64,000 nucleotides of DNA from a virus. Its lineage: Duplodnaviria; Heunggongvirae; Uroviricota; Caudoviricetes. Every line of letters starts with the position of its first letter. Position 1 is the stretch's first letter. A model generated the notes under the pieces. That model made no database searches. It saw only the letters and a program-made list of their open reading frames with translations, and was not told where the DNA came from. The stretch lies in the IMG/VR virus record IMGVR_UViG_3300029859_000151; one strand, 5' to 3'. Positions 61,202 through 64,000 of the stretch are shown here, one piece after another. Both the position numbers and the translations under genes were made by a program.

Positions 61202-63601
61202 TTGAATTTTCCGCCGAAGGTATTGTTTATGAAAAAAGCTTTGCTGATTGCAGAAAAACCAAATTATATGCGAGATATAAAAGCTGTTTATGAAAAGCAT
61301 AAATCTGAAATTCCTTTTAATATTGATTTTATTGCGCAAAGAGGGCATTTAGTTCAGTTGTTAGATCCAGCAGAAATGAATGAAATTTATAAAAGCTGGG
61401 ACATCAATTATTTGCCAATTGTTCCAGAGGATGAAGGTGGTTGGAAATATAAGATTATTCCGGGTGCAGAAAATTTAATGAAGGAAATTAAAAAGAAGCT
61501 TCATTCTGGAGAATATGACCTTATTATCCATGCTGGCGATTCAGATCAGGAGGGAGAGCTTTTGGTTCGCCTGGTTTTAGACGAATTAAAAAATACATTG
61601 CCGGTTATCCGGTTATGGGTAAATGCGACCACGGAATCAGAAATTTTAGCAGGTCTTAAAAACATGAAAAGTGATGATGAGGCAATGTATGAGAATTTAT
61701 ATTATTCTGCGCTTGTCAGACAACATTCTGATTGGCGTTTTGGTATGAACGGATCGCGGGCAGTTGCAAATAAGATCGTCACGTCAAAAGATAACAAAAT
61801 TGCAGTTGGAAGAGTAATGACGGCAATTTTGTCTATTGTTGTTAAAAGAGAAGATGATATTAAAAACTTTAAACCACAAACAACTTATGGAATAGTTTTA
61901 AATCATTCAAATGGATTGGAAACGCAGCTATTTCAAGAAGAAGTGACAACTGATGAAAAAGGAAAAAAGAACATTTCTCAAAATCTCGTGTATTTTGATA
62001 CGGAAAAAGAAGCAGAGGATTTTATTGATAAATTAGATGAGAAAAGTATCGTCCTTTCTGTGGAAGAAAAAAATGAAAAAGTATATGCGCCAAAGTTATA
62101 TAATTTGTCGGATTTGCAGTATGATGCTTCAAAATTAAATTTCTCTCCAGATGAAACACTTGAGATTGTGCAAGGATTATATGAAAAACATTTTTTGACA
62201 TATCCGAGAACAGATTGCAATTATTTAAATAGTACAGATAAATTTGAAGAAATGATTCATGCAGCGGCATCTGTACCAGGGTATGAAATAATTGCTAAGG
62301 AAGTAATAGGAAATATTGAAAGTGTTAAGAAAAACAAAAAGTTTGTAAATAACGAAGAGTTAAAAAAGCATGGGCATTCCGCTTTATGCCCGACAGATGT
62401 ACCGGCTGATTTTGAAAGGTTGTCAGCAGATGAACAATTAATATATAAATTGGTTTGTCGGAGATATTTGTCTATTTTCTTGCCGCCTATGATTCAGAAA
62501 AAGACAATAGTTGTTGTTGAAAATAACGACAATTTGTTCCGAACGATAGGAAAAAGAATAATTGATAAAGGATATACTACATTTCTTAATGCAGAAATAA
62601 AAAACACAGATCTTCCGGAAGTGAAAAAGGGAGAAATGTTAGAGGTTGATAAAAAAAATATTGTTGAAAAAACGTCCACTTGTCCAAAGCGGTTTACATC
62701 AGGAGATCTCGCTAGAGCATTAGAGAATCCGGCAAAATTTTTACAAGATAAAAATATTGTTAATAAGGATTTTAAAATAGGAACGTCTTCAACAAGAGCA
62801 GAAATTATTAAAAAGTTAATCAAAGACAAATATTTGTCAAGCAATTCAAAACAAGTGTTATCGCCAACGGAATGGGGAAGTTTTTTGGCTCACGCATTAA
62901 AAGATCTTGATATTTCAAAAGCGGATATGACTGCGAAATGGGAAGACCTGCTACAGAGAATTAAAAAAGGAGAATTACCCGTAGAACAGGCGGAAGACAT
63001 GATGCGCAGGGAAGTAAAAAAGCTTATATATGATATTAGCAATATGCAGGAATACACATTTGGGGATGTGAATGCCAATACTAGAATTGTTGGGAAATGT
63101 CCATATTGCGGGAAAGATATTATAAATTCTGGGAAAAATTATTTTTGTTCTGGTTATAAAGAGGGGTGTAACACTTCAATACCACTAGAGTTTTTGGGGG
63201 CTAAATTTTCATCAGATGATGCAATGGCACTATTTAAAGGAGCTGTTATTACTAAAAAATTAAAGAAAGATAAGAGTACTTGGCAACAAGATTTGAGATT
63301 TAATAAAGGAACTGGCCGAATAGAATTTGTAAAAAATGATGCAGAAACAGACATTTCTTGTCCTAAATGCGGAAGAAAATTGAAACATGATGGCGCTATT
63401 TTAAAGTGTGAATGTGGATATAGCTTATGGACAAAGGTAGCTGGATATGAGTTGTCAGATGATGAATTGGGCTATATATTTGAACATGGATCTACACATA
63501 AGCCTATTAAAAAATTTAAAAGCAGTAAAGGAAAAGCATTTTCTGCTAATCTAAAATTAAAAAAGGACTATAGTGGATTTGAGTTTGTCTTTGAAAAATA
63601 A
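61202..63601 (+). CDS. type IA DNA topoisomerase (topoisomerase III-like) with C-terminal zinc ribbons
   Basis: Toprim N-terminus KKALLIAEKPNY and HAGDSDQEGELL (DxDxEGE); active-site Tyr motif LTYPRTDCNYL; C-terminal CPYCG..C..C and CPKCG..CECG. TTG at 61202 has the better RBS; alternative ATG at 61229. Confidence 0.8.
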   Translation: MNFPPKVLFMKKALLIAEKPNYMRDIKAVYEKHKSEIPFNIDFIAQRGHLVQLLDPAEMNEIYKSWDINYLPIVPEDEGGWKYKIIPGAENLMKEIKKKLHSGEYDLIIHAGDSDQEGELLVRLVLDELKNTLPVIRLWVNATTESEILAGLKNMKSDDEAMYENLYYSALVRQHSDWRFGMNGSRAVANKIVTSKDNKIAVGRVMTAILSIVVKREDDIKNFKPQTTYGIVLNHSNGLETQLFQEEVTTDEKGKKNISQNLVYFDTEKEAEDFIDKLDEKSIVLSVEEKNEKVYAPKLYNLSDLQYDASKLNFSPDETLEIVQGLYEKHFLTYPRTDCNYLNSTDKFEEMIHAAASVPGYEIIAKEVIGNIESVKKNKKFVNNEELKKHGHSALCPTDVPADFERLSADEQLIYKLVCRRYLSIFLPPMIQKKTIVVVENNDNLFRTIGKRIIDKGYTTFLNAEIKNTDLPEVKKGEMLEVDKKNIVEKTSTCPKRFTSGDLARALENPAKFLQDKNIVNKDFKIGTSSTRAEIIKKLIKDKYLSSNSKQVLSPTEWGSFLAHALKDLDISKADMTAKWEDLLQRIKKGELPVEQAEDMMRREVKKLIYDISNMQEYTFGDVNANTRIVGKCPYCGKDIINSGKNYFCSGYKEGCNTSIPLEFLGAKFSSDDAMALFKGAVITKKLKKDKSTWQQDLRFNKGTGRIEFVKNDAETDISCPKCGRKLKHDGAILKCECGYSLWTKVAGYELSDDELGYIFEHGSTHKPIKKFKSSKGKAFSANLKLKKDYSGFEFVFEK

Positions 63602-63606
63602 AAATA

Positions 63607-63640
63607 AGTCGCATAGTTAATTCTATGCGGCTTGTTTTTT
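63607..63640 (+). terminator. rho-independent terminator
   Basis: AGTCGCATAG-TTAATT-CTATGCGGCTTGTTTTTTGC. Confidence 0.7.
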
Positions 63641-63646
63641 GCAATG

Positions 63647-63655
63647 CTGTACCGA
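63647..63655 (+). promoter_or_regulatory. upstream element (CTGTACCGA, truncated A-run)
   Basis: 17 nt 5' of the promoter core at 63673. Confidence 0.35.
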
Positions 63656-63672
63656 TTTTTTAATGCAAAAAA

Positions 63673-63684
63673 TCTGACATATTA
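63673..63684 (+). promoter_or_regulatory. phage promoter motif copy
   Basis: AAATCTGACATATTAGAAGAAG. Confidence 0.55.
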
Positions 63685-63713
63685 GAAGAAGAAAAATATT
63701 AGGAGGGAATTAT

Positions 63714-64000
63714 ATGTTTTTTGTAAGAATCAATGATAAGAATTTTATCAAAGCGAAACTTATCACAAGCATAGAAGTGATTGAAACAGATGAAAAAATT
63801 GAAACCGTTATTTATAACAAGAATGGTGAAAAAATCATTACTTTTGAAGCAACTTTAAGTCCATCAAAATTAAGGGAATGCATGACAAAGAATATTCTAA
63901 ACAAAATCAAAGCTTTTTGTTATCGAGAAATTATTGCTTATGAGTGCAATTTAAAAGATAACATTTTTGGAACTTTCGAAGATTGGGTTACAGGATATTG
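63714..64000 (+). CDS. hypothetical protein, 3'-truncated by the window end
   Basis: RBS ATTAGGAGGGAATTAT-ATG; ORF still open at position 64000. Confidence 0.45.
   Translation, partial: MFFVRINDKNFIKAKLITSIEVIETDEKIETVIYNKNGEKIITFEATLSPSKLRECMTKNILNKIKAFCYREIIAYECNLKDNIFGTFEDWVTGY

Noticed and set aside
61202-61229. Alternative topoisomerase start at ATG 61229 versus TTG 61202
   Set aside because: Not rejected outright: the TTG has the better GGAGC RBS spacing, so 61202 is reported, but the ATG at 61229 (MKKALLIAEKP) would give a more typical Toprim N-terminus. Needs N-terminal proteomics or ribosome profiling.
311-63684. The 38 repeated motif copies as a CRISPR array or other tandem repeat
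   Set aside because: Spacing is irregular (hundreds to thousands of bp), each copy sits at a gene 5' end, and there is no repeat-spacer periodicity; no CRISPR array is present in the window.
1-64000. Interpretation of the window as ordinary bacterial chromosome
   Set aside because: Near-total strand co-orientation, per-gene promoter/terminator units with a private promoter motif, dense small ORFs, a tRNA cluster, an intron-split nrdD and multiple helicases are characteristic of a large phage or phage-like element rather than of a cellular chromosome.

Overview
This 64-kb window reads as a segment of an AT-rich (about 30% GC) bacteriophage-like genome, which may be a prophage or another mobile element, from a low-GC Gram-positive-type host; ribosome-binding sites are strong AGGAGG-type. 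Coding is almost entirely on the + strand, with about 70 CDS and only three small minus-strand genes, each bracketed by hairpin terminators. The most striking sequence-level feature is a 12-20 nt motif, TCTGACATATTA(AATATGAA), present 38 times. All copies are on the + strand, each 25-60 nt upstream of a start codon, and in about 8 cases a second element CTGTACCGAAAAA lies 20-30 nt further upstream. I interpret this as a phage-specific promoter regulon. Recognisable content: (1) an IS200/IS605-family insertion with a frameshifted tnpA, an intact tnpB and a probable omega-RNA end; (2) a cytidylate-kinase-like P-loop kinase fused to a ParB/Srx-like (DGHHR) domain; (3) a 5'-deoxynucleotidase (HAD) fused to a guanylate-kinase-like domain; (4) a secreted SGNH hydrolase; (5) two metallophosphoesterases; (6) a UvrD-like SF1 helicase carrying an N-terminal Cys-cluster (Cas4/RecB-like) nuclease domain; (7) a CpaF/TadA/VirB11-type secretion ATPase with a long low-complexity N-terminus, followed by large unknown proteins; (8) an SPFH/flotillin gene of anomalously high GC preceded by a tiny membrane protein; (9) a cluster of 8-9 tRNA genes (Met, Glu, Lys, Ser-GCT, Ser-TGA, Gln, Asn, initiator Met, and a doubtful Ile-TAT-like), partly driven by the phage promoter motif; (10) a RecJ-like DHH exonuclease; (11) a cassette of two paralogous unknown proteins flanking a HEAT-repeat protein and a RecD2-like helicase; (12) a 750-bp AT-rich non-coding region with direct repeats and a host-type extended -10 promoter, possibly an origin or early-region switch; (13) an anaerobic ribonucleotide reductase gene nrdD with an ATP-cone and glycyl-radical motif, split by a 1.2-kb group I intron that encodes an HNH homing endonuclease; (14) a second RecD-like helicase, SSB-like OB-fold proteins and a type IA topoisomerase (topo III-like). 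Several candidate structured non-coding RNAs are noted. All functional calls rest on motif recognition by eye and no database searches were run.
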